A stretch of DNA of 64,000 nt from Acidobacteriota bacterium (GTDB lineage: Bacteria; Acidobacteriota; Thermoanaerobaculia; Gp7-AA8), in the NCBI GenBank assembly GCA_019244185.1, contig JAFATB010000014.1, positions 32,001 through 96,000 on the forward strand. Direction: 5' to 3'. Below the pieces are notes generated by a model. It saw only the letters and a list, made by a program, of their open reading frames with translations, did not search any database and was not told the DNA's origin. Below, piece after piece: positions 53,401 through 62,036 of the stretch (within the stretch, counting starts at the first letter, position 1; each line of letters begins with the position of its first letter). Both the position numbers and the translations under genes were made by a program.

Positions 53401-53810
53401 TCGTAGCCGTACGCGCCGAACGCCGGCGAGGGACGCTCGACGCGCATCAGCAGATCGGCGTAACCGATCCAGCGTCCGTCGAAGAACGCGGCCTGATAGA
53501 CATAGTCGGCGCCGGCCCGCATCGCGGCGAGCGTCTGCGTTTCCGCGCGGCGCAGCGCCTCGGGAGTCCACGGCGCGGGCTCGATCGCGACGACGCGCTT
53601 GCCGTCCGCGCGCAGCTTGTCGACGTACGCGCGCTCGTGCTCCTCGCCCTTGCGCGCGATCAGCTCGTCCATGGCGGACGGCGGCCGGTACGCGAGCGGC
53701 GCGACGCTGCCGCTGAGCGTGCCGCGATCGAGGAACGTCGCGTGATCGCAGCGCACGAACTTCGTGAGGTCGCTGGTGGCGAGAACGAGGTCATTGCCGA
53801 AGAGCCGCAT
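50490..53810 (-). CDS. TM0106-family RecB-like nuclease fused to an RNase H-like domain and an SF1 helicase
   Basis: GYADLL...VIDTKLA (PD-D/ExK), CALC..C, FLDLEGDP, YNREDC, QGPPGSGKT, DEAGQ, RLNVAISRA. Confidence 0.88.
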   Translation of the reverse strand: MRLFGNDLVLATSDLTKFVRCDHATFLDRGTLSGSVAPLAYRPPSAMDELIARKGEEHERAYVDKLRADGKRVVAIEPAPWTPEALRRAETQTLAAMRAGADYVYQAAFFDGRWIGYADLLMRVERPSPAFGAYGYEVIDTKLARSVRAHFLLQLADYSMHLARLQGVAPESMHVVIGTEERQSFRVADFAAYYRHVRTSLEHFVANGRAPAPYPVEFCALCDWWAHCSAHWRAVDHLSLVANIQRAQVTRLERGDIHTLTALAESPLTTRIAKLPEESFVTLHEQARLQLQQRRTGEHTFELLPREKDRGFFRLPRPSPGDVFLDLEGDPFLGDGITYLFGAAWEENGSTQYRAWWAHDAAEERASFESVMDFLVARLTAEAGAHIYHYGGLEKSSLERLMGRHGTREAQLDDLLRREAFVDLASIVRQGMRVSHASYGLKKIETFYFTRKSEGVADAGGAVLAYEQWLETNDRAMLAEIESYNREDCVSIVEMRRWLVSIRPDDVAWKEPPPAQERAEDRIAEEQRNDALFQELVARGMPLLAQLLYYHRREERPAWWRWFDRRTNMTDEELIADSECLGGLAPDPNTPDEPVKKSVIVTYTFPPQEHKLDPGDAVHDRANSAGTIESIDDAKGIVRLRRGPKLKDLPPPDALFMKPDISTAPIREALQRLATSIVRDGDATTYRAAYDILLAREPRVRDGALGDDVTSAAQRLDDSYIFVQGPPGSGKTFNGAHAIVKLLRAGKRVGVTSNSHAAIHNLLHAVEDVARAQGYWLRGLKKGSDTRTRFVSKLPNPMIESTSETKECADRAMQLVAGTAWLFSDDAMDASLDYLFLDEAGQMSLATALAVATSARNVVLLGDPLQLAQVSQGSHPDGAACSVLEHLLGDDATVRPSRGIFLEHTRRMHPDVCAFVSEVVYESRLHSHESCARQAVTIDGARATGLRFLAVAHEGNTQSSDEEAARIADEIARMIRGAFTNSDGATAPLRATSFLVVAAYNAQVRHLTQALAARGLADVPVGTVDKFQGREAPVVFFSMATSSGAELPRDIDFLFSRNRLNVAISRARCLAVVVANPRLLDVACKTPEQMKLVNGLCRYVEMATAM

Positions 53811-53869
53811 GCCCGCTTTCGACACGCCGCGCAACCGCTTGTGGCGCGCGCCACCTTTCGCGCGGAAGC

Positions 53870-56083
53870 GTGTCGTCAAAGCGGGGGGAGTTCTTGGACA
53901 TCGCAAGGGGATCCGCCGCACCGACGCGGCTCGAGCGCATCCTGCAGGCGTCGATCGACCGGAAGCGCAAGCTCGAAGCGCTCGCGCGGCAGGCCGCCGA
54001 AGTCGTCGCGCCGCCGCAAACGCAACCGCGCGCCGCGACGACTGGCGAGTGGCTGCCGCGGGGAACGAGCGCCGGCGTGCACGGCTTCGCCACCGGCGAC
54101 TTCGTCTACGTCGGCAACAAGCTGCGCGCGCTGAACGGCTACGGCGTCGAGCCGTCGCTCATCAATCCCGCGCTCCTCGTCGACTCGACGAACGCCGACG
54201 CCTCGGGCAGTGACGTCTCGTACTGGCCGTCGTACACGAACCTCTCGCCATCCAGCCGCCGTGCGTATCTGCAGTGGCTCGCGGGCGGACGCAACGATCC
54301 AGAGATCTCGATCGGCTACGTCTTCGTCTTCTTCTACGGCCTCGAACGCCGCGTCTGCGAGTACGTGCGCGATCGCGGCTCGGACGCGGACGAGGTGCTC
54401 GCGATCGCGCACGAGGTCGCGCGTCTGCTCGACCTCTACGCGACGACGAGCCATTCGTTCGCGTCGTACGCGCGGGCGCTGCTGGAATTGATTGCCACGA
54501 TCGAGCCGCGCTCGCGCACGCTGCTGCGTGGACGCGACGACGACTACACGTACGGTCCGTCGCAGCGGCTGAAGCTCGCCCTAGGCGAGCTCGCCGTCGC
54601 GCACAAGCCGATCCCCGCCGCGCTCGCGTTGCGTTGGGTTCGCGCGTCCTACGCGCGGACGACGCCGATGAAACGCTGCGCCGCCGAATTCGAGCTGCTC
54701 TTTCACGTGCGCTACGCGACGCAGTTCGGCGATGGGCTCGTGGTCAAGCCGAACAAGACGTACGTCGACGCGACCTACTCTGCGGCGAGCAGCGCGCTCG
54801 ACACGCTCGTCGTGACGCAGCAGCGCGTCCCCGACATCACGCAGCTCGCGCGTCCGATCGCGAAGCTCATCGCGCTCGCGCAGGAATGCACGAACGCGCT
54901 CGATCCCTTCAGCCGCTTTCTCGGCCGCAACCCGCAAGGGCGGCAGTCGCTTTCGGCGTTCGCGCTGTTACCCGAGGACCTCGTGGAGGCGACGCCGTCC
55001 GCGGACGCGGCGTCGCTCGCGTCGCTGGTGCGTTCGCGACTCGACGGCGACGGGCTCGCGCTGCTCGGCGCGGGCGAGCTTCTGCCCTTCGTCCGGCTCG
55101 CGCGCCCGGGCAAAGTGTCGAAGAGCGAGTCGATGTTTCTCGCGCAGGCGCTCGAGAAGCTCGGCTACGGCATCGAGCCCGACGTGCGCCTCGGCGGTCC
55201 TGCATTCGACGTCAACGGCCGCGCGATTCTGTTCCGCCGTCTGCCGGATTGTCCGTCCGTCGCATCCGTTGAATATGCGCTGGCGATGCTCTGCATGCGC
55301 CTCGGCGCGATCGTCAGCGCGGCGGACGACGACGTCTCCGCGGTGGAGCGCGCGCTCCTGCAGAAGCACATCGCCGACACGCTGCAACTCTCCGCGGGCG
55401 AACGGCAGCGCCTCGCCGCGCATCTCGCGTGGCTGCTCGAAGAGAAGCCCGGCACGAGCGGCCTGAAGAAACATCTCGCCGCGCTGACGACCGACGCGCG
55501 CCATCACATCGGCCGCCTGCTCATCACCGTTGCCACGACCGACGACGTCGTCGATCCGCGCGAGATGAAGATGCTCGAGAAGCTCTACGCGCTCATCGGA
55601 CTCGACACGGCCGCGCTCTACGCCGACCTCCACGCCGCGCTTGCGACCGACGACGAACCGGTCGCCGTCGATGCGTCGCCTGCCGTCGCGAAAGGCTTCG
55701 CCATTCCGCCGCGTGCGCCGGCGACGGCCATCGACATGAACCGCGTGCGCCTCAAGCTCGCGGAAACGCGGCAGGTGTCGTCGCTCCTCGCCGAGGTGTT
55801 CGCGGAGGAGGAAACGTCCGCGCCGGTGGCGCCAAAGGCCGCGCAGGCGAACGCGATCGGCACGCTCGACGCCGCGCAGTCGGAACTGCTGCGGCGTCTC
55901 GCGCAGCGCGCCTCGTGGTCGCGCGACGACGTCGAGCATCTCGCCGGCGAGCTCGCGCTGCTGCCCGACGGCGCGCTCGAGGCGATCAACGACTACGCGT
56001 ACGCCACCGCCGGCGAGCCGGTGTGGGAAGACGAAGACCCGCTCACCATCAACACCAACGTCGCCAGGGAGCTCATCGCATGA
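53870..56083 (+). CDS. TerB N-terminal / TerB / TerB-C domain protein (Shango SngA-like)
   Basis: EPSLINP, YWPSY..LSP..R.AYL.WLAGGR, IGYVFVFFYGLERR; TerB-like AADDDVSAVE; C-terminal LPDGALEAIND. Confidence 0.85.
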   Translation: MSSKRGEFLDIARGSAAPTRLERILQASIDRKRKLEALARQAAEVVAPPQTQPRAATTGEWLPRGTSAGVHGFATGDFVYVGNKLRALNGYGVEPSLINPALLVDSTNADASGSDVSYWPSYTNLSPSSRRAYLQWLAGGRNDPEISIGYVFVFFYGLERRVCEYVRDRGSDADEVLAIAHEVARLLDLYATTSHSFASYARALLELIATIEPRSRTLLRGRDDDYTYGPSQRLKLALGELAVAHKPIPAALALRWVRASYARTTPMKRCAAEFELLFHVRYATQFGDGLVVKPNKTYVDATYSAASSALDTLVVTQQRVPDITQLARPIAKLIALAQECTNALDPFSRFLGRNPQGRQSLSAFALLPEDLVEATPSADAASLASLVRSRLDGDGLALLGAGELLPFVRLARPGKVSKSESMFLAQALEKLGYGIEPDVRLGGPAFDVNGRAILFRRLPDCPSVASVEYALAMLCMRLGAIVSAADDDVSAVERALLQKHIADTLQLSAGERQRLAAHLAWLLEEKPGTSGLKKHLAALTTDARHHIGRLLITVATTDDVVDPREMKMLEKLYALIGLDTAALYADLHAALATDDEPVAVDASPAVAKGFAIPPRAPATAIDMNRVRLKLAETRQVSSLLAEVFAEEETSAPVAPKAAQANAIGTLDAAQSELLRRLAQRASWSRDDVEHLAGELALLPDGALEAINDYAYATAGEPVWEDEDPLTINTNVARELIA

Positions 56084-57423
56084 CGCAAAGCGAGACCGCG
56101 ATCAAACCGAAGCACCGCGAAGCCATCATCCAGTCGTTGCGCGCCGGCGTCGTGCCGCGCGCGGGGCAGCAGCACATCCAGGTCGGACGCCACGCCGAAG
56201 TGAAGGCGCTCCTCGGCGACATCGACCGCATCGCCGCGGGCGGCTCCGCGATCCGCTTCATCATCGGCGAGTACGGCTCGGGCAAGACGTTCTTCCTGAA
56301 CCTGATTCGCGCCATCGCGCTGGAGCGCAACCTCGTCGCCATCAACGCCGATCTCTCGCCCGACCGCCGCCTGCACGCGACCGGCGGCCAGGCGCGCTCG
56401 CTGTACGCGGAGCTGATGCGCAACCTCGCCACGCGCTCGAAGCCGGAATGCGGCGCGATGGCGAGCGTCGTCGAGAAATTCGTCAGCAGCGCGCTCGGCG
56501 AGGCGCGCGGCAGCGGACGCAGCGTCGACGAGATCATCCGCGCGCGGCTCGCATCGCTGCAGGAGCTCGTCGGCGGCTACGACTTCGCGCAGGTCATCGA
56601 GGCGTACTGGCGCGGCCACGACAGCGGCAACGAAGAACTGAAAGACGCCGCGCTGCGCTGGCTCCGCGGCGAGTACGCGACGAAGACGGACGCGCGCGCG
56701 TCGCTCGGCGTGCGCACCGTCGTCAGCGACGCGAACGTCTACGATCAGCTGAAGCTCTTCGCGCGCTTCGTGCGTCTCGCGGGTTACGCCGGGTTTCTGG
56801 TCGTGCTCGACGAGCTCGTGAACCTCTACAAGCTCGCCAACGCGCAGGCGCGCAACAGCAACTACGAACAGATCCTGCGCATCTTGAACGACGTGCTGCA
56901 GGGCAGCGCGGAAGGCCTCGGCGTCCTCCTCGGCGGCACGCCGGAGTTTCTCCTCGACACGCGCCGCGGCCTCTACAGCTACTCCGCGCTGCAATCGCGC
57001 CTGGCGCAGAACCAGTTCGCCGCGAACGGCTTCGTCGACTACAGCGGCCCCGTGCTCTCGCTCGCGCAGCTGACGAAGGAAGACCTCTACGTGCTGCTCG
57101 GGAACATCCGCAACGTCTACGCGTGCGGCGACGCCGCGAAGCATCTCGTGCCCGACGAGGCGCTCGAGGCGTTCATGCAGCACTGTTCGACGCGCATCGG
57201 CGACGCGTACTTTCGCACTCCGCGCAACACCGTCACCGCGTTCGTGAGCCTGCTCTCCGTGCTCGAACAAAACGCGCACGCCGACTGGCGCGAGCTCCTC
57301 GGCGCGGTGACGATCGCGCCGGAGCACAACCCCGATCTCGAAGGCGAGATCGTCGACGACGCGGCGCCGGCAGCAGGCACAGCGAAGGACGAGGACGACG
57401 ACCTTGCCACCTTCCGCATCTGA
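56080..57423 (+). CDS. P-loop ATPase, DUF2791/BrxD-like (Shango SngB-like)
   Basis: IIQSLRAGVVP, GEYGSGKTF, LDELVN, YSALQSRL, RTPR; ATGA overlap with the upstream gene. Confidence 0.88.
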   Translation: MTQSETAIKPKHREAIIQSLRAGVVPRAGQQHIQVGRHAEVKALLGDIDRIAAGGSAIRFIIGEYGSGKTFFLNLIRAIALERNLVAINADLSPDRRLHATGGQARSLYAELMRNLATRSKPECGAMASVVEKFVSSALGEARGSGRSVDEIIRARLASLQELVGGYDFAQVIEAYWRGHDSGNEELKDAALRWLRGEYATKTDARASLGVRTVVSDANVYDQLKLFARFVRLAGYAGFLVVLDELVNLYKLANAQARNSNYEQILRILNDVLQGSAEGLGVLLGGTPEFLLDTRRGLYSYSALQSRLAQNQFAANGFVDYSGPVLSLAQLTKEDLYVLLGNIRNVYACGDAAKHLVPDEALEAFMQHCSTRIGDAYFRTPRNTVTAFVSLLSVLEQNAHADWRELLGAVTIAPEHNPDLEGEIVDDAAPAAGTAKDEDDDLATFRI

Positions 57424-59599
57424 GGCGTCGTCGTCGTTCGCGCTGCTGCACGAGCGCGTGCGCCGCTGGATCTGGGACCAGCAATGGTCCGAGCTGCGCG
57501 ACGTGCAGGAGCTCGCGATCCAGACGATTCTGCGCGGCGACGGCGACGCGATCGTCACCGCGGCGACGGCGGCGGGCAAAACGGAAGCGGCGTTTCTGCC
57601 GATCTGCTCGACGCTCGTCGGCGACGCCGCGCCCGGCGTGCAGGTGCTCTACGTCGGCCCGCTGAAGGCGCTCATCAACGATCAGTGGCGGCGGCTCGAC
57701 GGCCTCTGCGAGTCGCTGGAGATTCCGGTGCATCGCTGGCACGGCGACGTCACGATGAGCGCGCGGCAGAAGCTCATCCGCGATCCGCACGGCATCCTGC
57801 TCATCACGCCGGAGTCGCTCGAAGCCTTGTTCGTGCGCCGCGGCAGCGAAGTCGGCCGCATCTTCGCGGCGCTGCGCTTCGTGGTCATCGACGAGCTGCA
57901 CGCCTTCATCGGCAGCGAGCGCGGCATGCAGCTGCAGTCGCTGCTGCACCGGCTCGAACGCGTGCTGCACCGCCGCGTGCGGCGCGTCGGCCTCAGCGCC
58001 ACGCTCGGCGACATGACCGTCGCCGCCAATTTCCTCCGTCCGCCGAACGATCGCGCGCAGGCGCCCGCGATCGTGAAATCGGAGGAAGCGGGCACCGGCG
58101 TGAAGCTGCGCCTGTACGGCTTTCGCCATCCGCTGCATGCCGATGACGAGACGAAGAAAGAGAAAGACGATCCCACGCTCGCGTCGATCGCGCGACATCT
58201 CTTCGAGCATCTGCGCGGCTCGAACCATCTCGTCTTCGCGAACGCGCGCGGCAGGGTCGAGGGACTCACCGACCGCCTGGCGCGCATGTGCAACGAGGCG
58301 AAACTGCCGCAGGAGTTCTTCGCGCATCACGGGAGCCTCTCGCGCGAGCTGCGCTTCGAAGTCGAAGATCAGCTCAAGCGCGGCGAGCGTCCGCTGACCG
58401 TGATCTGCACGAGCACGCTGGAGATGGGCATCGACATCGGCGCGGTGAAGAGCGTCGCGCAGATCGGCGTTCCTCCCGGCGTCGCCGCACTGCGCCAGCG
58501 TCTCGGCCGCTCCGGACGCCGCGGCGAGCCCGCCATCCTGCGCATCTACATTCAGGAAGAAACCGTGACCGATCGCTCCGCCCCGCAGGATGCGATCCGC
58601 GCGACGCTCGTTGAAACCATCGCCATGGTGAACCTGATGCTCGAGAAATGGGTCGAGCCGCCGCTCGCGGAACTGGTGCACGGCTCGACGCTCGTGCAGC
58701 AGCTCCTCTCGCTCATCGCGCAATACGGCGGCATCACCGCCGCCGACGCGTACGCGCTGCTCTGCGCGAGCGGGCCGTTCCGCCACGTCCCGCGCGCGAT
58801 GTTCACGTCGCTCGTCGAGCAACTCGAAACGCGCGAGTTGATTCGCAGGGAGCGCGACGGCCTGCTGCTGCACGACGAGAAGGGCGAGAAGGTCGTCAAC
58901 CATCACGACTTCTACAGCGCGTTCAAGAGTCCCGACGAATACCGCCTCGTGAGCGGCGGCCGGCAGCTCGGCACGCTGCCGATCGTGAATCCGGTCAGTG
59001 AAGGCTCGTTCCTCATCTTCGCCGGCCGGCGCTGGCGCATCGTCGCCGTCGACGCGGAGAAGCGCGTCATCGACCTCGTGCCGTCGGCCGCCGGCCGCCT
59101 CCCCATCTTCGATCCGAGCGATGGTCCCGACGTGCACGACCGCGTGCGCCGCGAGATGCTCGCGATCTACACGAGCGACGACACGCCGGTGTATCTCGAT
59201 GCCGAGGCTGCCGATCTCCTGCATGAGGGCCGCCGCAACTTCGCGCGCTTCGCGCTCGCAAACACGAACTTCATCGCCCGCGGCGACGGCGCGCTGTACT
59301 TTCCGTGGTACGGCACGCGCGCGATGAACACGCTCGCGCAGCAGCTCGCCGCGCGCGAGATCAAGGTCTCGATGGAAGGTCTCGCGCTCGTCGCGCTGCA
59401 CATCACGCCCGACGCTTTGCGCGACGCGGTCGACGCGTGCGAGCGCGAGCGCCCCATCGACACCATCGCGCTCGCGGCGAAAGTGAAGAACACGCTCGAG
59501 GAGAAGTGGGACTGGGCGCTCGATGACGCGACGCGTTTCGCCTCGTACGCGAGCCGCAAGCTGGAGCGGAATCCCATGCCGTCCGCGCGAGCGCGCTAA
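57404..59599 (+). CDS. Lhr-like DEAD/DEAH-box SF2 helicase (Shango SngC-like)
   Basis: TAAGKTEA, PLKALINDQ, TPESL, DELH, SAT, HHGSL, TSTLEMGIDIG, QRLGRSGRR. Confidence 0.9.
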   Translation: MPPSASEASSSFALLHERVRRWIWDQQWSELRDVQELAIQTILRGDGDAIVTAATAAGKTEAAFLPICSTLVGDAAPGVQVLYVGPLKALINDQWRRLDGLCESLEIPVHRWHGDVTMSARQKLIRDPHGILLITPESLEALFVRRGSEVGRIFAALRFVVIDELHAFIGSERGMQLQSLLHRLERVLHRRVRRVGLSATLGDMTVAANFLRPPNDRAQAPAIVKSEEAGTGVKLRLYGFRHPLHADDETKKEKDDPTLASIARHLFEHLRGSNHLVFANARGRVEGLTDRLARMCNEAKLPQEFFAHHGSLSRELRFEVEDQLKRGERPLTVICTSTLEMGIDIGAVKSVAQIGVPPGVAALRQRLGRSGRRGEPAILRIYIQEETVTDRSAPQDAIRATLVETIAMVNLMLEKWVEPPLAELVHGSTLVQQLLSLIAQYGGITAADAYALLCASGPFRHVPRAMFTSLVEQLETRELIRRERDGLLLHDEKGEKVVNHHDFYSAFKSPDEYRLVSGGRQLGTLPIVNPVSEGSFLIFAGRRWRIVAVDAEKRVIDLVPSAAGRLPIFDPSDGPDVHDRVRREMLAIYTSDDTPVYLDAEAADLLHEGRRNFARFALANTNFIARGDGALYFPWYGTRAMNTLAQQLAAREIKVSMEGLALVALHITPDALRDAVDACERERPIDTIALAAKVKNTLEEKWDWALDDATRFASYASRKLERNPMPSARAR

Positions 59600-61164
59600 A
59601 ACTCGCGATCGCGCAGATGGAACGGCGAGTGTCCGCGCTGGATCGCGGGCGCCCAGACGACGGCGAGCTTCTCGCGCGGTCCCGCGAAGCGATGCGCGCC
59701 GCTCGCGAGCGTACGCGCGCCGGTGAACGGCGTGCCGTCGAGCGTGCCGCGCACTTCGCCGCGCTCGCTGACGATCGTGTACTCGCCCGGCACCGCGATG
59801 GTGAACGTGCCGTCGTCGCGCAGCCATTGTCCCGACGCGCGCAGGCGTCCCATGTCGAGAAAGTTCGCGCTGAGGAACGCGCGTCCCTGCGGCGGCCACA
59901 TCGGGCCGTCCGCCTGCGCGACGTGCGTGCGCGTGCGAATCACATCCGCCGCGAGCGTGTCGGGGATCAGGCCGTGCGCCATCTGCGCGCGGGTGATGTT
60001 CTCGAGGACGTAGTAGAACGGGCGACGCCGATAGATCGTCTCGCCCTTGAGGTCGAGCAGCAGCTCGCCGGGATGCGTGAGCCGCAGCGCCTGCGCCATC
60101 ATGGTCGTGTGCCAGCGCGTGTCGTTGCGGAACTGATTCGCGTAGTGCACGAGCGCGAGCAGCAGCACGACGACGGCGATCGCGAACGCCTGCAGCGGAT
60201 TGCGCGCGCGCACGAGCATCGCCGCGACGAAGATCGCCGCGAGCGGCATGAGCGAGAGCAGGTCGCGCGGCGAGATCAGCACCCAGAAGCCGCCCAGCGT
60301 GATGACGTACACGCCGATGGCGACGGCGAAGAAGAAGCGCGCGGAGTCGTGCGTCTTCGGACGCAGCCGCATCGCCGCGTAAACCAGCGCCGCCATCGCG
60401 AACGGCCACGCCACGCGGCCGATCCAGACGCTGCGCCGCGTCAGCACGATGTTCTCGTTGAACGTGAAGACGCACCACACCAGGCGATCCCACGCGCCGA
60501 GCGCCACGAAGAGCACGACCAGGATCGCCGGCACGAGGACGAGGCCGCCCAGCAACGGCAGCAGCGGCGAGAGCGCATCGCCCCGCTTCTCGATCCAGCG
60601 CACGATCGCCGCGGCACCCGCGAGCGTCGCGAGGAGCAGCGTCGTCTTCAGCGAGACCGACATCGCGCATCCGAGGAGCAGGCCGGCGAGGAACGTCCAG
60701 CGCGGCGTCCACGGCTTCAGCGCGAGCACGACCAGTGCCGCCATCCAGAACGCGTTCCACAGATTGTCGGTGCGGTACTCGAGCGACTTGAGAAAGAACG
60801 GCGGAAAGAGCGAGAGCAGCACCGCCGCCCACGCCGCCACGCGCGCGTCGTAGAGCCGCCGCGCGAGCGCATACGTCGCCCACACCACGAAGGCGAAGAG
60901 CGCGAGCATCGGCACGCGCATCCAGAGCAGGATGTTTGCGCGCTCGCCGAACAGCGCGAGGATCGGCGCGGTCAGCAGATGAAAGAGCGGCGCGTGGTTG
61001 TCGAAGTAGTCGCGATACTGCACGAGCCCCTGCGTCCATCCCCACGCCACGTGCAGGTGCTGCTGCTCGTCGGAGTCGAAGCGGTAGCGGAAGAGCGCGA
61101 CGAGGCGCAGCACGACCGAAGCCGCGCCCGCCGCCGCGAGCAGGATGCGTTCCGCTTTGCTCAA
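59596..61164 (-). CDS. GT-C type (ArnT/PMT-like, family 39) membrane glycosyltransferase
   Basis: DSDE..H, YRDYFDNHAPL, EYRTD, many TM segments; TTG start inferred. Confidence 0.75.
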   Translation of the reverse strand: MSKAERILLAAAGAASVVLRLVALFRYRFDSDEQQHLHVAWGWTQGLVQYRDYFDNHAPLFHLLTAPILALFGERANILLWMRVPMLALFAFVVWATYALARRLYDARVAAWAAVLLSLFPPFFLKSLEYRTDNLWNAFWMAALVVLALKPWTPRWTFLAGLLLGCAMSVSLKTTLLLATLAGAAAIVRWIEKRGDALSPLLPLLGGLVLVPAILVVLFVALGAWDRLVWCVFTFNENIVLTRRSVWIGRVAWPFAMAALVYAAMRLRPKTHDSARFFFAVAIGVYVITLGGFWVLISPRDLLSLMPLAAIFVAAMLVRARNPLQAFAIAVVVLLLALVHYANQFRNDTRWHTTMMAQALRLTHPGELLLDLKGETIYRRRPFYYVLENITRAQMAHGLIPDTLAADVIRTRTHVAQADGPMWPPQGRAFLSANFLDMGRLRASGQWLRDDGTFTIAVPGEYTIVSERGEVRGTLDGTPFTGARTLASGAHRFAGPREKLAVVWAPAIQRGHSPFHLRDREF

Positions 61165-61187
61165 GATGAAGAAGCCGCCGTTTTCGA

Positions 61188-61263
61188 TGGCGCGCCCTGA
61201 GGGATTCGAACCCCCAACCAGCGGTTCCGAAGACCGCTGCTCTATCCGTTGAGCTAAGGGCGC
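61188..61263 (-). tRNA. tRNA-Arg (anticodon UCG)
   Basis: GCGCCCT/AGGGCGC acceptor stem, anticodon arm GCGGT-CTTCGGA-ACCGC, GGTTCGAATCC, encoded CCA; 76 nt. Confidence 0.93.
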
Positions 61264-61344
61264 GCAGGCGCCGCGCCATCGTACTCGACACGCCGCCGCT
61301 CCGTGAATAGAATGCGCGCCCACGCTGTTCCGGTGGTTCCTTAC

Positions 61345-61420
61345 GCCGATGTAGCTCAGTTGGTAGAGCAGCTGATTCGTAATCAGCAGGTCACCGGTTC
61401 GAGTCCGGTCATCGGCTCCA
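61345..61420 (+). tRNA. tRNA-Thr (anticodon CGU)
   Basis: GCCGATG/CATCGGC acceptor stem, anticodon arm GCTGA-TTCGTAA-TCAGC, GGTTCGAGTCC, encoded CCA; 76 nt. Confidence 0.95.
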
Positions 61421-61434
61421 TCTGCATCAACGAC

Positions 61435-61959
61435 TTAGCGCCGGCCGTGAGGCCGGCGTTCTCGTTTTCCCACAAGATTTCCCACAAAAGTCAGCAGTTC
61501 GTCGACGGCAGCATCGACGCCGGCGCACTCTTTCGCCGCGCCACCGATGCATCGTTCCGGCGCGATCGCGTACGCCGCCGCGGCCTCAGTCGGCGTTTGC
61601 GTAAGCGGCAGGTCCTGCTTGTTCACGAGGTACACGATCGGACGCCGATCCGCCGCCGCGTTGAAGAGCGTGAGCGCCGCGAGATTGTGCGCGTGCCTCG
61701 CGACTTGCGCGTCGAGCACGAAGAGCACGCCGTCCGCCGCACGATAGAACTCGACTGCCGCCGCGGCCGCGGCATCTGTGGCCGCGGCATCCAGGGTTTC
61801 GAAGTACCGGTTGCCGGGCAGCACCCGCGCGAGCTGCACGCGATGAACGCCGCGCTGGATCGACACGAAGTCGCTCGCCGTCGCGGAGGACGTCCGCGCG
61901 AGGCATTTCATGACTTCCGACCGCCCCGACATCGGCGGGCCGGCGACGGCGATTCGCAT
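61435..61959 (-). CDS. Degenerate small GTPase (MglA/Ras-like)
   Basis: MRIAVAGPPMSGRS (altered G1), ADGVLFVLDAQ, VNKQD (G4), GAAK (G5-like). Confidence 0.65.
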   Translation of the reverse strand: MRIAVAGPPMSGRSEVMKCLARTSSATASDFVSIQRGVHRVQLARVLPGNRYFETLDAAATDAAAAAAVEFYRAADGVLFVLDAQVARHAHNLAALTLFNAAADRRPIVYLVNKQDLPLTQTPTEAAAAYAIAPERCIGGAAKECAGVDAAVDELLTFVGNLVGKRERRPHGRR

Positions 61960-62036
61960 CCAACCAAGATAAGCCGCGCGTCCGTCACGCCACAAAAAAA
62001 TCCGCGCCGTGTCTCTGCACTTCCGAAGGGGAACGC

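Noticed and set aside
55429-56079. N-terminal extension of the ATPase ORF (55429..57423)
   Set aside because: Arg/Ala-rich alternative frame of the TerB gene; the ATPase starts at 56080 with an ATGA overlap
53870-59599. Tellurite-resistance or complete BREX system
   Set aside because: No terZACDE, pglX or pglZ genes; the three-gene layout fits Shango
57233-61291. 1352-aa minus-strand ORF
   Set aside because: GC-rich shadow frame crossing a tRNA, the GT-C gene and the helicase; no recognisable motifs
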